Positions 29,618-39,404 of a DNA stretch of 64,000 nucleotides are shown here, piece after piece. Origin of the DNA: Candidatus Heimdallarchaeum aukensis (GTDB taxonomy: Archaea; Asgardarchaeota; Heimdallarchaeia; Heimdallarchaeales; Heimdallarchaeaceae); assembly GCA_021513695.1 (NCBI GenBank), contig CP084166.1, positions 2,048,001 to 2,112,000 on the forward strand, read 5' to 3'. The notes under the pieces were generated by a model that was not told the DNA's origin, did not search any database, and saw nothing but the letters and a program-made list of their open reading frames with translations. Position 1 is the first letter of the stretch. Each line of letters begins with the position of its first letter. The position numbers and the translations under genes were made by a program.

Positions 29618-30325
29618 TTATAGGTTGACATTTTGTTCTTCTTCAAAGTTATAAAGTGAAGCTAAAACGTGAGAAATAACAGAAAAAAGCTCTAATCCAT
29701 GAGGATAAATTGATAATCGATAATCAACAAATTTAGAGTCAATATTAAGGTGTCCATGGGAAAATCCACCAAAAATGAGCAGAGGATTTGAACAACGAGA
29801 AGAAAGAAGATAAGCATATTCACGAGAAGGTAAGACATCTCCCTTTTGAGAAAATTCAACAATAAGGTCATGTTTTTCACGAGCAGAAATTAAGAATTGA
29901 GTTAAAGATTGAGGATGAAGAGTGAGTAAAGGCTCATCAGAAAGAGGAGGAACACGGCCTTCCTTGAAAAGTTGAATCATAAGCCCCTTAAAACGATCTA
30001 AATTTTTAGGAAGACGAATAGAAGGATGGAATTCTATGATTAGATCATTAATGGTATGAATAAAGACACGAAGACGGCGATCTTGAGAAAGAAGAGAACC
30101 AAAACAGGCAAGAAGAGCTAAATGTGGAATATCAGGACGACCACGCTTGGATAAATTAGGTAAATTAGACATAAAACGAGAATGATAATTGGAATCAAGA
30201 ATAATATCACTAGGTTTTTTCTTTATCTTGCGAAAAAAGTTACGGACGGGTAAATTGGATAAAAGCTCTGAAGGAAAAGTTTCCAGAGAAGAATCAGCAA
30301 CAAGGATGGTATAAACATGGGGCAT
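29618..30325 (-). CDS. nep1: Ribosome biogenesis SPOUT methyltransferase Nep1/Emg1
   Basis: ILDSNYH ... RGRPDIPHLALL ... IHT ... RLPKN..RF.G ... GGFSHG, colinear with archaeal Nep1. Confidence 0.82.
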   Translation of the reverse strand: MPHVYTILVADSSLETFPSELLSNLPVRNFFRKIKKKPSDIILDSNYHSRFMSNLPNLSKRGRPDIPHLALLACFGSLLSQDRRLRVFIHTINDLIIEFHPSIRLPKNLDRFKGLMIQLFKEGRVPPLSDEPLLTLHPQSLTQFLISAREKHDLIVEFSQKGDVLPSREYAYLLSSRCSNPLLIFGGFSHGHLNIDSKFVDYRLSIYPHGLELFSVISHVLASLYNFEEEQNVNL

Positions 30326-30469
30326 AATTTGGCATGCGCAACAAACGTAATTAATTTTTCTGATACGAGGATAAATTGGAAGGAAAAGAAGAAGGGAAAA
30401 AAGAAGAAAAAAATAAGCGAAAAAACAACTTTTTAATGGGAAAAAAAAACAGTAATTAGGAATATAAAC

Positions 30470-31516
30470 ATGCCAAGTATTGTAAAATATGAAAATGGAA
30501 TAAGAGTGATAGATACAGAAAGAAAAACTAGTCTAATAGCTGATCCAACAACAATAGCAACAGCAAAAAAGAATACAGCAGCAATAATAACACATGCACA
30601 TACAGATCACGCAATAGCCTTCCCAAATGAAGGAATAAAAGTATACGCAACAAAAATAGCAAGTGAATTGTTTTCAACATTAACAGGAAAAAAAAGCAAA
30701 AATACATTTTTCATGGAATATAATAAAGAAATAAAAATTAAAGAAATGAATATAGAAGCACTGCCAGCAGGACACTTGCTAGGAGCAGCACAAATTCTGT
30801 TTAAAACAGAAAAAAAGAACATACTGTATACAGGAGATATAAGCTTTGGAAAAATGAAAACAGTAAAAGAAGCAAAAGAACCAGAAGAAAAAATAGACAT
30901 ACTGATAACAGAAGCAACATACGGAAAACCAGACCTATACTTCGAACCAAGAGAAACAGTAAAAATGAAAATATTCAACTGGATAGTAGAAAAAATAAAA
31001 GAAAATAACTTGGCAGTAATAAATGTGGGAAATCTGGGGCCCGCACAAGAAATAATAGCTTATCTAAATGAAATGCTAGAAATAGATATCTATTGCAACA
31101 AAAAAACAAGTAGAATAAATGAAGTGTACAAAAAAAACGGAATAAAACTAAAATACAAAGAAATAGAAGAAATAGAAGAAAAAATAGACCCAAAAAATAG
31201 CCTGATACTGTTATCAAGAGGAGAAAAAAAAATACCAGAAAAAATAATAAAAGAAAAAATAAAAGTGAAAAGAGCAATAGTAACAGGACAGGCAGCAAGA
31301 TTTAATTATACAAGTTTCGAAAAAGCTTTTCCGTTCTCGATGCACGCAAATACAAAAGAAATAGAAGAATACGCTAAAAAAATAAAACCAAAGAAAATAT
31401 ATACATTATATGGATTTGAAAGTGAATTGGCAGCTTATCTAAGAAAAAAAATAAATGTGGATGCTAGGCCATTAAAAATAGCAAATGAAAAATTACCAAT
31501 AGAGGAGTTCTTTTAA
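30470..31516 (+). CDS. Metallo-beta-lactamase-fold hydrolase (possibly beta-CASP-like, RNA-metabolising)
   Basis: HxHxDH motif (ITHAHTDHA), AGHLLGAAQI, TYG motif. 348 aa. Confidence 0.55.
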   Translation: MPSIVKYENGIRVIDTERKTSLIADPTTIATAKKNTAAIITHAHTDHAIAFPNEGIKVYATKIASELFSTLTGKKSKNTFFMEYNKEIKIKEMNIEALPAGHLLGAAQILFKTEKKNILYTGDISFGKMKTVKEAKEPEEKIDILITEATYGKPDLYFEPRETVKMKIFNWIVEKIKENNLAVINVGNLGPAQEIIAYLNEMLEIDIYCNKKTSRINEVYKKNGIKLKYKEIEEIEEKIDPKNSLILLSRGEKKIPEKIIKEKIKVKRAIVTGQAARFNYTSFEKAFPFSMHANTKEIEEYAKKIKPKKIYTLYGFESELAAYLRKKINVDARPLKIANEKLPIEEFF

Positions 31517-31607
31517 AGAATATAAATCTAAGAAAGGAGAAAAAGAGACCCAAAAAGAAAAATTTAAGAAAGAAAGAGAAAGAGTAAAACGAAAAAAAGT
31601 CAAGACA

Positions 31608-31733
31608 GGGGCATTAGCTCAGCTTGGTTTAGAGCATCCGGCTCATAATTTGCGTCCTAGAAACAGTCTAATTCATTAAGAACGCAAAAGAGCGACCGGA
31701 TGGTCATCGGTTCAAATCCGATATGCCCCACCA
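31608..31733 (+). tRNA. tRNA with CAT anticodon (elongator Met or Ile2) carrying about 49-nt intron at 37/38, CCA encoded
   Basis: Acceptor GGGGCAT/ATGCCCC, D-arm GCTC-AGCTTGGTTTA-GAGC, anticodon stem TCCGG, loop CTCATA|intron|A, T-arm ATCGG-TTCAAAT-CCGAT. Lacks the initiator GGG/CCC anticodon-stem signature. Confidence 0.8.
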
Positions 31734-31896
31734 GCTCTTTTGATATAGTTTATCGTTTTTCTTCAGTGCAAGAAAAAGGCTATTGGAAAATTTTTTTATT
31801 ATATTCTTATTTTCCGTTTTTACACTTTTTCTCTTTCTTTGCTTTAACGATAAATCTATAAATTGTTTTCTTTAATTTATTTATTGTCTAATATAG

Positions 31897-32835
31897 GTGA
31901 TTGAACTGGATGATAAATTTCAGAAAATAGTTGATGATATCCGAGCTCTTCGTATTCAAGGAGCGACCAATATTGCTATTGAGGGCGTTAAGGCTTTCTC
32001 TTCTTTAGCTGAGCGAATAGATTTTTCTTCTCTCCCTGATTATTTTGAACATCTTAAGAAAGCTAGTATTATTTTATCTACTGCTAGAGATACTGAACCT
32101 GCTTTACGTAATGGTTTACACTTTATTCTTTACGAGTTAGAGCATCAAGCTAGTTCTGTTTCTGAGGCTAAGGAACTTGTTTCTTCTCTTTCCCAGAAAT
32201 ACGTTGAGATGTTGAAGGATTCTAAAAGGAAAGTTATCTCTTATGGAGCTCACCGGATTCGTGATAATAGTGTTATTATGACTCATTGTCATTCTTCCTT
32301 GTCTACTGGTATAATTATTGAGGCTCACCGTCAGGGTAAAAACATTGAGGTTTTTCTTACTGAGACTCGTCCTAAGTGGCAGGGTCGTATTACTGCTAAG
32401 GAGATGGTTGATGCTGAGATTCCTACTACTATGGTTGTTGATAGTGCTATGCGTTACGTAATCAACAGACATAATGTTGATATTGTTATTACCGGTGCTG
32501 ATGCAATTACTAGCCAAGGTACTGTTATTAATAAGATTGGTACTCGTCTTTTAGCTTTGGCTGCTAGGGAAATGGATGTTCCTTTTTATACCGCTATCAA
32601 CTTGTTGAAGTATGATGCTTCCACTACTATTGGCAAGTTATCTGCGATTGAATTTCGCCCTTCTTCTGAAGTTTGGGAAGATCCTCCTAAAGGTTTGAAA
32701 ATTCTTAATCCTGCATTTGAGACAGTTTCTCGTGATCTTATTGATGGTGTAATCACTGAAGCTGGTATTTTTGCTCCTTCCTTGGTTTACATGATTATTA
32801 AAGAGCGTTATCCCTTTATGCTCTTAAACGAATGA
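31897..32835 (+). CDS. Ribose-1,5-bisphosphate isomerase (eIF-2B alpha/beta/delta family, e2b2)
   Basis: eIF-2B-like family blocks (ITHCHSS, VFLTETRP, ITGADAITSQGTVINKIGT). Immediately upstream of form III RuBisCO, as in the archaeal AMP salvage pathway. Confidence 0.8.
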   Translation: MIELDDKFQKIVDDIRALRIQGATNIAIEGVKAFSSLAERIDFSSLPDYFEHLKKASIILSTARDTEPALRNGLHFILYELEHQASSVSEAKELVSSLSQKYVEMLKDSKRKVISYGAHRIRDNSVIMTHCHSSLSTGIIIEAHRQGKNIEVFLTETRPKWQGRITAKEMVDAEIPTTMVVDSAMRYVINRHNVDIVITGADAITSQGTVINKIGTRLLALAAREMDVPFYTAINLLKYDASTTIGKLSAIEFRPSSEVWEDPPKGLKILNPAFETVSRDLIDGVITEAGIFAPSLVYMIIKERYPFMLLNE

Positions 32836-33028
32836 ATTTTATGAGCCAACTTTCTTTTCTTTCTTTTTTCTTTCTTTTTCTTCTATTGATTTTTTGCTTG
32901 ATTTTTTCTCTAATACATTTATAATTTTTTTTAATAACTAGTAAAGAGTTTTTTTAATTTTCATTTTTTCTGATTAATAAATTTGAACAAAACAGACCAT
33001 TTAAAAGTTCATTTGCTATTTTTATTTT

Positions 33029-34276
33029 ATGAATAACGCATATAAAGATTTAGTAGTTGCTCGCTATTACGTTGAGCATAAAAGCGTGGAAAAAGCCGCA
33101 GAAGAAATCTGTGATGAAGAAAGTGTTGGCACTTGGACAGACTTACGTACTACAGAGGGTAAGCCTCACGTTGCTAAACTTAGAGCTGAAGTTTTGGACA
33201 CTAAAGTTTTTTCTGAGAAGGATGGTTATCAAACTGGTGAAGTATTAATTGGCTTTAAAACTGAGACTTTTGACTTAGAAGCTGGTATTACTAGTATCCT
33301 CTCTATGCTTGCCGGAAATCTCTTTGGTCTCGGTGCTTTAAGAAACATACGTTGGTTAGACGTTGAGTTTCCTAGAGTCATTGCTGAAACTTATCCTGGT
33401 CCTAAATTTGGTATCGAAGGTGTAAGAAAGATAATAGGGACTGATAAAGGCGAATTTCCTAATCGGCCACATATCGGAACAATAGTCAAACCCAAAATGG
33501 GCTTAACCGCTCAAGAGTGGGCTGATGTAGCCTATGAAGCAGCTATAGGTGGTGTTGATTTCATCAAAGATGATGAAAATTTGTCTGATCAGTCCTTCTG
33601 CAGGTTAGAAGATCGAGTTGTAAAAGTACTTGAAAAATTAGATCAGGTTAAAGAGGAAACCGGTCGCACTGTTTTACATGCTGTAAATGTTACTGCTAAG
33701 CATGATGTTATGTGGAAAAGAATAGAAATGGCTTTAGATAACGGGGCAAAGTGTTTAATGATTGATGTAATATTAACTGGTTTCCAAGAACTTGCTCAAA
33801 TGGCTGAAGATCCAGCAGTTAATGTTCCCATACATGTTCATAGAACAATGCATGCCGCTTTCACTCGAAACCCACTTCATGGAATTTCTATGCTACCTAT
33901 TGCAAAAATAGTTCGCATGTCTGGTGGAGACCAATTGCATATTGGCTCATATGGACAAGGTAAGATGGACACTGATAAAGAACTAGAATTACAAATAAAA
34001 GATACCCTCACTCATCCAATGTATGAATTTAAGCCCACATTTCCTGTAGCTTCCGGAGGATTACATCCCGGAAAAATACCCAACCTAGTAAAATATGGCG
34101 GAAATAATATCATTATTCAAGCAGGTGGAGGTATACACGGTCATCCTGATGGAACAAGGAAAGGGGCAACAGCAATGAAGCAAGCACTAGAAGCAACATT
34201 AAAAGGTATCCCATTAGACGAGTATGCAAAAGAGCATGAAGAATTAGCCAAAGCTTTAACGAAATGGGGTAAGTAG
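33029..34276 (+). CDS. rbcL: RuBisCO large subunit, form III
   Basis: IVKPKMGL (active-site Lys), GGVDFIKDDE (carbamylated Lys), VHRTMHAAF, GGGIHGHPDG. 415 aa, no small subunit. Confidence 0.9.
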   Translation: MNNAYKDLVVARYYVEHKSVEKAAEEICDEESVGTWTDLRTTEGKPHVAKLRAEVLDTKVFSEKDGYQTGEVLIGFKTETFDLEAGITSILSMLAGNLFGLGALRNIRWLDVEFPRVIAETYPGPKFGIEGVRKIIGTDKGEFPNRPHIGTIVKPKMGLTAQEWADVAYEAAIGGVDFIKDDENLSDQSFCRLEDRVVKVLEKLDQVKEETGRTVLHAVNVTAKHDVMWKRIEMALDNGAKCLMIDVILTGFQELAQMAEDPAVNVPIHVHRTMHAAFTRNPLHGISMLPIAKIVRMSGGDQLHIGSYGQGKMDTDKELELQIKDTLTHPMYEFKPTFPVASGGLHPGKIPNLVKYGGNNIIIQAGGGIHGHPDGTRKGATAMKQALEATLKGIPLDEYAKEHEELAKALTKWGK

Positions 34277-34529
34277 TCAATTAATGCAACTTGACTTTTA
34301 CTAATTTTTTCTTTTTTTTCGTTTTTTTCTTGTTTCTTCTTATTGGCTTGAACCTTTTTTTCTAATTAGTTGATTATTGGAATAAATAAAAAGAAAATTT
34401 AAAATTAGTGGCTAATACTTAAAACAGAGGAAAGGAAAATAAACAATCTACTTTACAATACTAATCGAAAAAAGAAATATTTATATTAACAGTATAAACT
34501 TGAGGAACGAGAGAATTGGAGTAATGACA

Positions 34530-34757
34530 ATGAGTAAGACACAAAAACCAATGGACCTGTTGAATAACGCTAGAGAAAAAACAGTGTTGATAAGGCTAAG
34601 AGGAAATAGACGAATGAGAGGAACACTAAAAGCTTACGACGTGCACCTCAACCTAATACTAGAAAATGCAGAAGAAATAGGAGAGGAAGGACTTATACCT
34701 CTAGGAGACATAATACTAAGAGGAGACAATGTGATAATGGTCTCTCCAGTGATATAA
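34530..34757 (+). CDS. Sm-like archaeal protein (SmAP/LSm)
   Basis: Sm1/Sm2 motifs (VLIRLRGNRRMRGTLKAYDVHLNLIL ... IILRGDNVIMVSP). Start moved to ATG 34530 with GGAG 9 nt upstream. Confidence 0.8.
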   Translation: MSKTQKPMDLLNNAREKTVLIRLRGNRRMRGTLKAYDVHLNLILENAEEIGEEGLIPLGDIILRGDNVIMVSPVI

Positions 34758-34781
34758 TAATAAAGTAGAAAAGGGATAAAA

Positions 34782-34946
34782 ATGACTAAAGGAACACCAT
34801 CATTCGGAAGACATAATAAAGCAGCAACACACATGATCTGCAGAAGATGTGGAAAAAGATCATATCATCGAACAAAAAAAGTTTGTGCATCATGTGGATA
34901 TGGAAGAACAGCAAAAATAAGAAGTTATGCATGGCATAAACACTAA
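34782..34946 (+). CDS. rpl37e: 50S ribosomal protein L37e (C4 zinc ribbon)
   Basis: 54 aa, below the ORF-track cutoff, translated by hand: [54 protein letters not shown]. Conserved Sm-L37e adjacency. Confidence 0.85.
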   Translation: MTKGTPSFGRHNKAATHMICRRCGKRSYHRTKKVCASCGYGRTAKIRSYAWHKH

Positions 34947-35024
34947 AAGGTTAGATTTTACTAACCTAAAAAAATTTATAAAAGAAGAAAATCACAATTG
35001 CCATAAATTGTGAAAAAACATTGT

Positions 35025-35135
35025 GGGCTGGTAGTTCAGAGGAAGAACGCTTCCTTGGCATGGAAGAGGCCGGGGGTTCAATTGATTTTTCGTGCGCTGT
35101 GTGCGCCGAATCTGAAAATCCCCCCCAGTCCACCA
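35025..35135 (+). tRNA. tRNA-Ala(GGC) with about 34-nt intron inside the T-loop, CCA encoded
   Basis: Acceptor GGGCTGG/CCAGTCC with G3:U70 (Ala identity). D-arm GTTC-AGAGGAA-GAAC, anticodon arm CTTCC-TTGGCAT-GGAAG, T-stem GGGGG...CCCCC with loop TTCAA|intron|AT. Confidence 0.75.
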
Positions 35136-35287
35136 TTACTTTTTTAGTAATCAGTTATTGGTTTTGATTTGTTTTCTTTTTTTTACTTTAATTTCCATTA
35201 TTGGATTTTCTTTTAACCACAAAGTTTTTTTTATATTAGTTCCTTTTTTATACTTATGGGATTAATATATAATAGAAGGTAGAAATT

Positions 35288-37027
35288 ATGTCTGGTGAAA
35301 GAACAAGTTATGATGGTGATCTCGCTCGTTTAATGTCTGAAGCTCGTGATCTTTTTAAATCTGCCAATTATTCACAGGCAGCTAATAAGTATCTTAAAGC
35401 TGCTGAAGTTCAGCATGAGACCTTAGGATTAGAACAAGCTCGTGATTTATATAATGAGGCTATTCAGAATTTTTTACGTGCTTCTGAGGATTACAAAGAA
35501 AAAAAGCAATACCGTACTAGTGCTCAAAACCTCTACCAAATTGCTCTTATTTATAAAAAATTAAATGATAAAGAAAATTGGTCTGCTGCTATGCGGGCTG
35601 TCATTGATGACCTTTTAGCTGCAGCTCAAGATTATTTACAATTATGGAACGAGTATGAGCGAGCTATTACTTTGGTTTCTGCTTCTTGTTTTCTGTTATT
35701 CTCTTTAGAAGATTTTAGTCTTGCTGAGCAATATTACAATCAATATATTGCTCAAATTCAGAATGATCCAGGTTTTACTGTGGCTCAGCAAGTTCTTTAT
35801 GCAGCTGGGTATGCTATTAAAGCAGTTAAGGATTTAGACGCAAAGGCTCTTCTTAGTGCTCAACAACTTGTTGGGAGTCATCTAAAACCCCATCTTTCTC
35901 AGATGATGGATTCTTCTTTTGTGGATGCTATCGATCGTTCTCTTGACGATGTTGTTCGCATCTTTCGTTCCAAAATCAAACTTCCTAAAATTATCCCCGA
36001 GCTTAATTTCTCTCGTGATCTTGTTTTAAATGAACCCAGTACTCTAAAAGTTGTCTTAGAGAATGAAGGTGAAGGAGACGCTTTTAATATTGATTTTCAA
36101 CTTTATATTCCTGATGAGGTTGAAATTTTAGATGGACAGAAACAATTTATCGTCCCTGAATTATCTTCTGGACAAAAACATGAGCATTCTCTTACTTTTC
36201 GTTGTATGTCAGCTACTGGGGAAGTTACTCATGAGGTTAGTGGTAAGGTAACCTTCTATGACCAACTTCAAACCAAGCAAACAATGATGATTGGACCTTA
36301 TGATCTTATCTTTCGTGAAGTTAGTTTGTCAAAAGAACTGGGAGGAAAATTAGCTGATTTTGAAGCAAGGTGTAATAATTATAAAGAATCGTTGAAGAAC
36401 TCTTTAATTCTTCCAGACGAAGTGGTTGAAAAAACTATTTCTTTGATTCGTGATATCATACGTGCCGCAGAAGAAGATATAAGTAAAGAGGAGTTTAAAA
36501 GTGTTGAATCTAGCATATTGAGTATCTCCAAAGCCTTTAATTTCTTTGATGATATAACCTCACCTGATTTTGTACAAAAGATAAAGGAAGAGCGTGATAG
36601 AGAAATCCAAGAGAAAATTGATGCTGCAGTAGAGAAAGTAAAACTTGAACTACAGGAAGAATTTGCAAAAGAGAAGCAAGAGTTGTCTACCCGCCATCAA
36701 GAAGAATTAACCAATCTCGAAAATGAGTTACGTCAGAAGTTTGAGGAAGAGAAGGCTACTATTATTGAACAAACTAAAGCTGAAGTTAGTGAAACACATA
36801 AACAAGAAATAGAAGAACTTATGAATGAATTAAACAGCCAGCATAAGAAGGAGATCGAAGAGCTCAAGTTGGAAGCTGAAGAAGAAAAAAACCGAGCTTT
36901 AGCAGAACTTCGTGCTCAGATGGAAGAAGAGAAAAAGAAAGCGCTTGAAGAACAAGAATCACTTCTTCAAGAAGAGTTTCAGAAACGTCTATCTCAACTT
37001 CAAAATAGTTCAAAAAAGAAAGATTAA
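35288..37027 (+). CDS. Hypothetical protein with N-terminal helical (MIT/TPR-like) region and long E/K-rich C-terminal coiled coil
   Basis: 579 aa. C-terminal about 150 aa is heptad-like E/K/L-rich (EELKLEAEEEKNRALAELRAQMEEEKKKALEEQE). Confidence 0.6.
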   Translation: MSGERTSYDGDLARLMSEARDLFKSANYSQAANKYLKAAEVQHETLGLEQARDLYNEAIQNFLRASEDYKEKKQYRTSAQNLYQIALIYKKLNDKENWSAAMRAVIDDLLAAAQDYLQLWNEYERAITLVSASCFLLFSLEDFSLAEQYYNQYIAQIQNDPGFTVAQQVLYAAGYAIKAVKDLDAKALLSAQQLVGSHLKPHLSQMMDSSFVDAIDRSLDDVVRIFRSKIKLPKIIPELNFSRDLVLNEPSTLKVVLENEGEGDAFNIDFQLYIPDEVEILDGQKQFIVPELSSGQKHEHSLTFRCMSATGEVTHEVSGKVTFYDQLQTKQTMMIGPYDLIFREVSLSKELGGKLADFEARCNNYKESLKNSLILPDEVVEKTISLIRDIIRAAEEDISKEEFKSVESSILSISKAFNFFDDITSPDFVQKIKEERDREIQEKIDAAVEKVKLELQEEFAKEKQELSTRHQEELTNLENELRQKFEEEKATIIEQTKAEVSETHKQEIEELMNELNSQHKKEIEELKLEAEEEKNRALAELRAQMEEEKKKALEEQESLLQEEFQKRLSQLQNSSKKKD

Positions 37028-37038
37028 ACCTTTTTATT

Positions 37039-37455
37039 TTAGCTATTACTTTTTTTGTCTATCGTTAATGTTCTTCTTTCAGGGTCAATTGATATTATAT
37101 CTCCCGTGGACACTATTTTTGTGATGTCTCTATTTTCTACTTCAAAGAAAGGGATTTCTGCTAAAATTGCTCCTGCAATAACAATTGTTTCAGCGTGATT
37201 TGTTACTAAAGCTAGAGGACTAACGTTATTTACCTTTAAACTGTATATTACATAAGATCCTACTGTGGAACCCACACTTTCAGGAAAGACAAATATCTTA
37301 TCTTTAATTGATTTTCCGTGTAGTTCGCTTTGTATGTCTGCAATTATACCTTTTTTTCCATCTACTCCTCCAAGAAAAGAAATAGGTTTTTTAGAAACAA
37401 TTGCTTCTCCTCTAACACTACCTGTTACAATTACCTTTACTTCTACTTCTTTCAT
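37039..37455 (-). CDS. Aconitase X swivel-domain subunit (DUF126), small subunit of putative phosphomevalonate dehydratase
   Basis: 138 aa; 4-bp overlap with the upstream AcnX catalytic subunit. Confidence 0.65.
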   Translation of the reverse strand: MKEVEVKVIVTGSVRGEAIVSKKPISFLGGVDGKKGIIADIQSELHGKSIKDKIFVFPESVGSTVGSYVIYSLKVNNVSPLALVTNHAETIVIAGAILAEIPFFEVENRDITKIVSTGDIISIDPERRTLTIDKKSNS

Positions 37456-38648
37456 CTTAGAGTTCTCCTTAAAATATTTTCAAGTGTATCAAGGAAAACA
37501 TTAGTTTCTTTGTTTTTACTTAAATAAAAAACTGCTTTAGAAGAGTTAGTTATAATATTTCTGTAATTTTGTCTAGTCACAGGAGAGACAACCATACATG
37601 TATCAGCATAAACCTTTATACCCTTTTTAGTCAATTCTTTTACTATTGAAACTGTCTCAATATCAGTTAGAACTTTCCTTGAAGTAAAAATCATTATATC
37701 TACATCAGATTTTTTTTGTTTGCTCTTAACAACGTTATAAATCATTTTTATTTCTTTTTTTGAAGCGTGGGGGCAACCTATTGCAATCAAATCAATATTA
37801 TCTTGTTCTTTAAATCTTTCATAGATTGCTTTTTTTTCTTCTTCAGTAAAGTGAATTGTTTCTGTTAAATCCTCTTTTTTAATTTTCTTATATTCTGGTG
37901 TGAAGTGTTCTACATGATACATTGCTACGCTTCCTGATGCAGCCATTGCTGCAGATAGACTCTTTGCTTTTTCTATAGACAGTTGTTTTATACCCCTAAA
38001 GAAAGGTATTTTTCCTCCTTGATTCTCTCCAAACCAAAACCCTAAAACTGAAAAATCTGCGAAGGACTCTAATGCTGCATCTACTTCTATTAATACCTCT
38101 GGTTTACGATTTTCTGGTAAATGTAATCCATATTCTGCAGTAAGCCCTGTTAACGCTGAAGCTAAAGATGAGGGCCCTCCTTCACGATTTGTTCTTGCTC
38201 CAAAATAACTATTAGCCATTGAAACAGCAGAACTCTCACTCCAAGCAACATGTTCTCCAAATTTTGGTTCGTGCCCTACTAAATAGGGCGTGCATGTTAA
38301 AGTATCTTTTATCCCTAGCTTTCTATACTCTTCAATAATCTGTATTTGCTTTTTAGAAAATAAACTATCAATGCCCATCTCTTTGTATCTGCCCATGTCC
38401 ATTCCTGCTGGATTTAACCACGAAGGGATCTTAACTTTCAAATTGTCTTTATTTATCATGTCAAAAAAAGAAAATATTGCATCACCTACAGTTAAATAAG
38501 AGACTCCTGCAATTTGAGCACTATTTACAGAAATAAGCTTCTCTGCACCATTTACTTCTCCAATCTTAACTATTAGCTGCAGCATTTTAGAAAGAGCTTC
38601 CCCTTTTTCTCCTTCTAAAATTCTTTCTTGTTCTTTGGTTAGATACAT
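37452..38648 (-). CDS. Aconitase X catalytic-domain subunit (DUF521), large subunit of putative mevalonate-5-phosphate dehydratase
   Basis: 398 aa; conserved AcnX blocks (SAQIAGVSY, WSESSAVSMANSYFGARTNREGG). Confidence 0.7.
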   Translation of the reverse strand: MYLTKEQERILEGEKGEALSKMLQLIVKIGEVNGAEKLISVNSAQIAGVSYLTVGDAIFSFFDMINKDNLKVKIPSWLNPAGMDMGRYKEMGIDSLFSKKQIQIIEEYRKLGIKDTLTCTPYLVGHEPKFGEHVAWSESSAVSMANSYFGARTNREGGPSSLASALTGLTAEYGLHLPENRKPEVLIEVDAALESFADFSVLGFWFGENQGGKIPFFRGIKQLSIEKAKSLSAAMAASGSVAMYHVEHFTPEYKKIKKEDLTETIHFTEEEKKAIYERFKEQDNIDLIAIGCPHASKKEIKMIYNVVKSKQKKSDVDIMIFTSRKVLTDIETVSIVKELTKKGIKVYADTCMVVSPVTRQNYRNIITNSSKAVFYLSKNKETNVFLDTLENILRRTLR

Positions 38649-38701
38649 TACTTCTAACTTTTCTTATTTTTATTTAAACGCTTTCAATTGTCTATTCTTG
38701 G

Positions 38702-39331
38702 TTAATAAACCACTAATTTTTCACATATGTCGTTGAGAGGACATTTATCACATTTAGGACTTTTTTTTGAACATGTCTCTTTTGCATGTTTAACTAATAG
38801 TGCATGAAGTTCCTTGTATAATTCTACATCTTCAGGTATATTTTGTGATACTAGTTTTTGTAATTCGTTATAATCAAATTTCTCTTTATTATAAATCCCC
38901 AATCTTTTAAAAATTCTGAAAGTATAAGCATCGACTACGAAAAAGGGTTTTTCAAATAAATAGTTTAAAATAGAATCTGCAGTCTCGAAACCAATTCCTT
39001 TAACACTTAAAAGCTCTTCCCGCGTAGGTTTAGTTTTTTCTGCAAGTAAATTAATCAAATTACGCAACCGAATGGCCTTCAATCTGTAATAACCTGATGG
39101 ACGAATCAATTCTTCGAGTTTACTTAATTCGATTGATTGTAAGCATTTAATTGACAAACAATTTGCTTTTCTGAGGTTATTTAACGCTATTTCAACATTA
39201 TTCCATGATGTTTGTTGAGTAAGTACTGCACCTATAGCTATCTCTATTCCTTCTCCTGGCCACCAGTTTTGCCTTCCATAAAATTCTAATAGTTTTTGAT
39301 AAGTAAACTGTAGTTTTTCGCTTAAATCCAT
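38702..39331 (-). CDS. Endonuclease III-like HhH-GPD DNA glycosylase with [4Fe-4S] cluster loop
   Basis: HhH motif (LLSVKGIGFETAD) and C-x6-C-x2-C-x5-C (CSKKSPKCDKCPLNDIC). Confidence 0.7.
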   Translation of the reverse strand: MDLSEKLQFTYQKLLEFYGRQNWWPGEGIEIAIGAVLTQQTSWNNVEIALNNLRKANCLSIKCLQSIELSKLEELIRPSGYYRLKAIRLRNLINLLAEKTKPTREELLSVKGIGFETADSILNYLFEKPFFVVDAYTFRIFKRLGIYNKEKFDYNELQKLVSQNIPEDVELYKELHALLVKHAKETCSKKSPKCDKCPLNDICEKLVVY

Positions 39332-39404
39332 TGATTGTACAAAATTGGACTAATAAATTAATTTTTGTTTACTTAACTATTTATTCCGAAGTTTTATATT
39401 AACA

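Noticed and set aside
33057-33248. 63-aa ORF within rbcL in another frame
   Set aside because: Overlaps RuBisCO on the same strand out of frame; no support.
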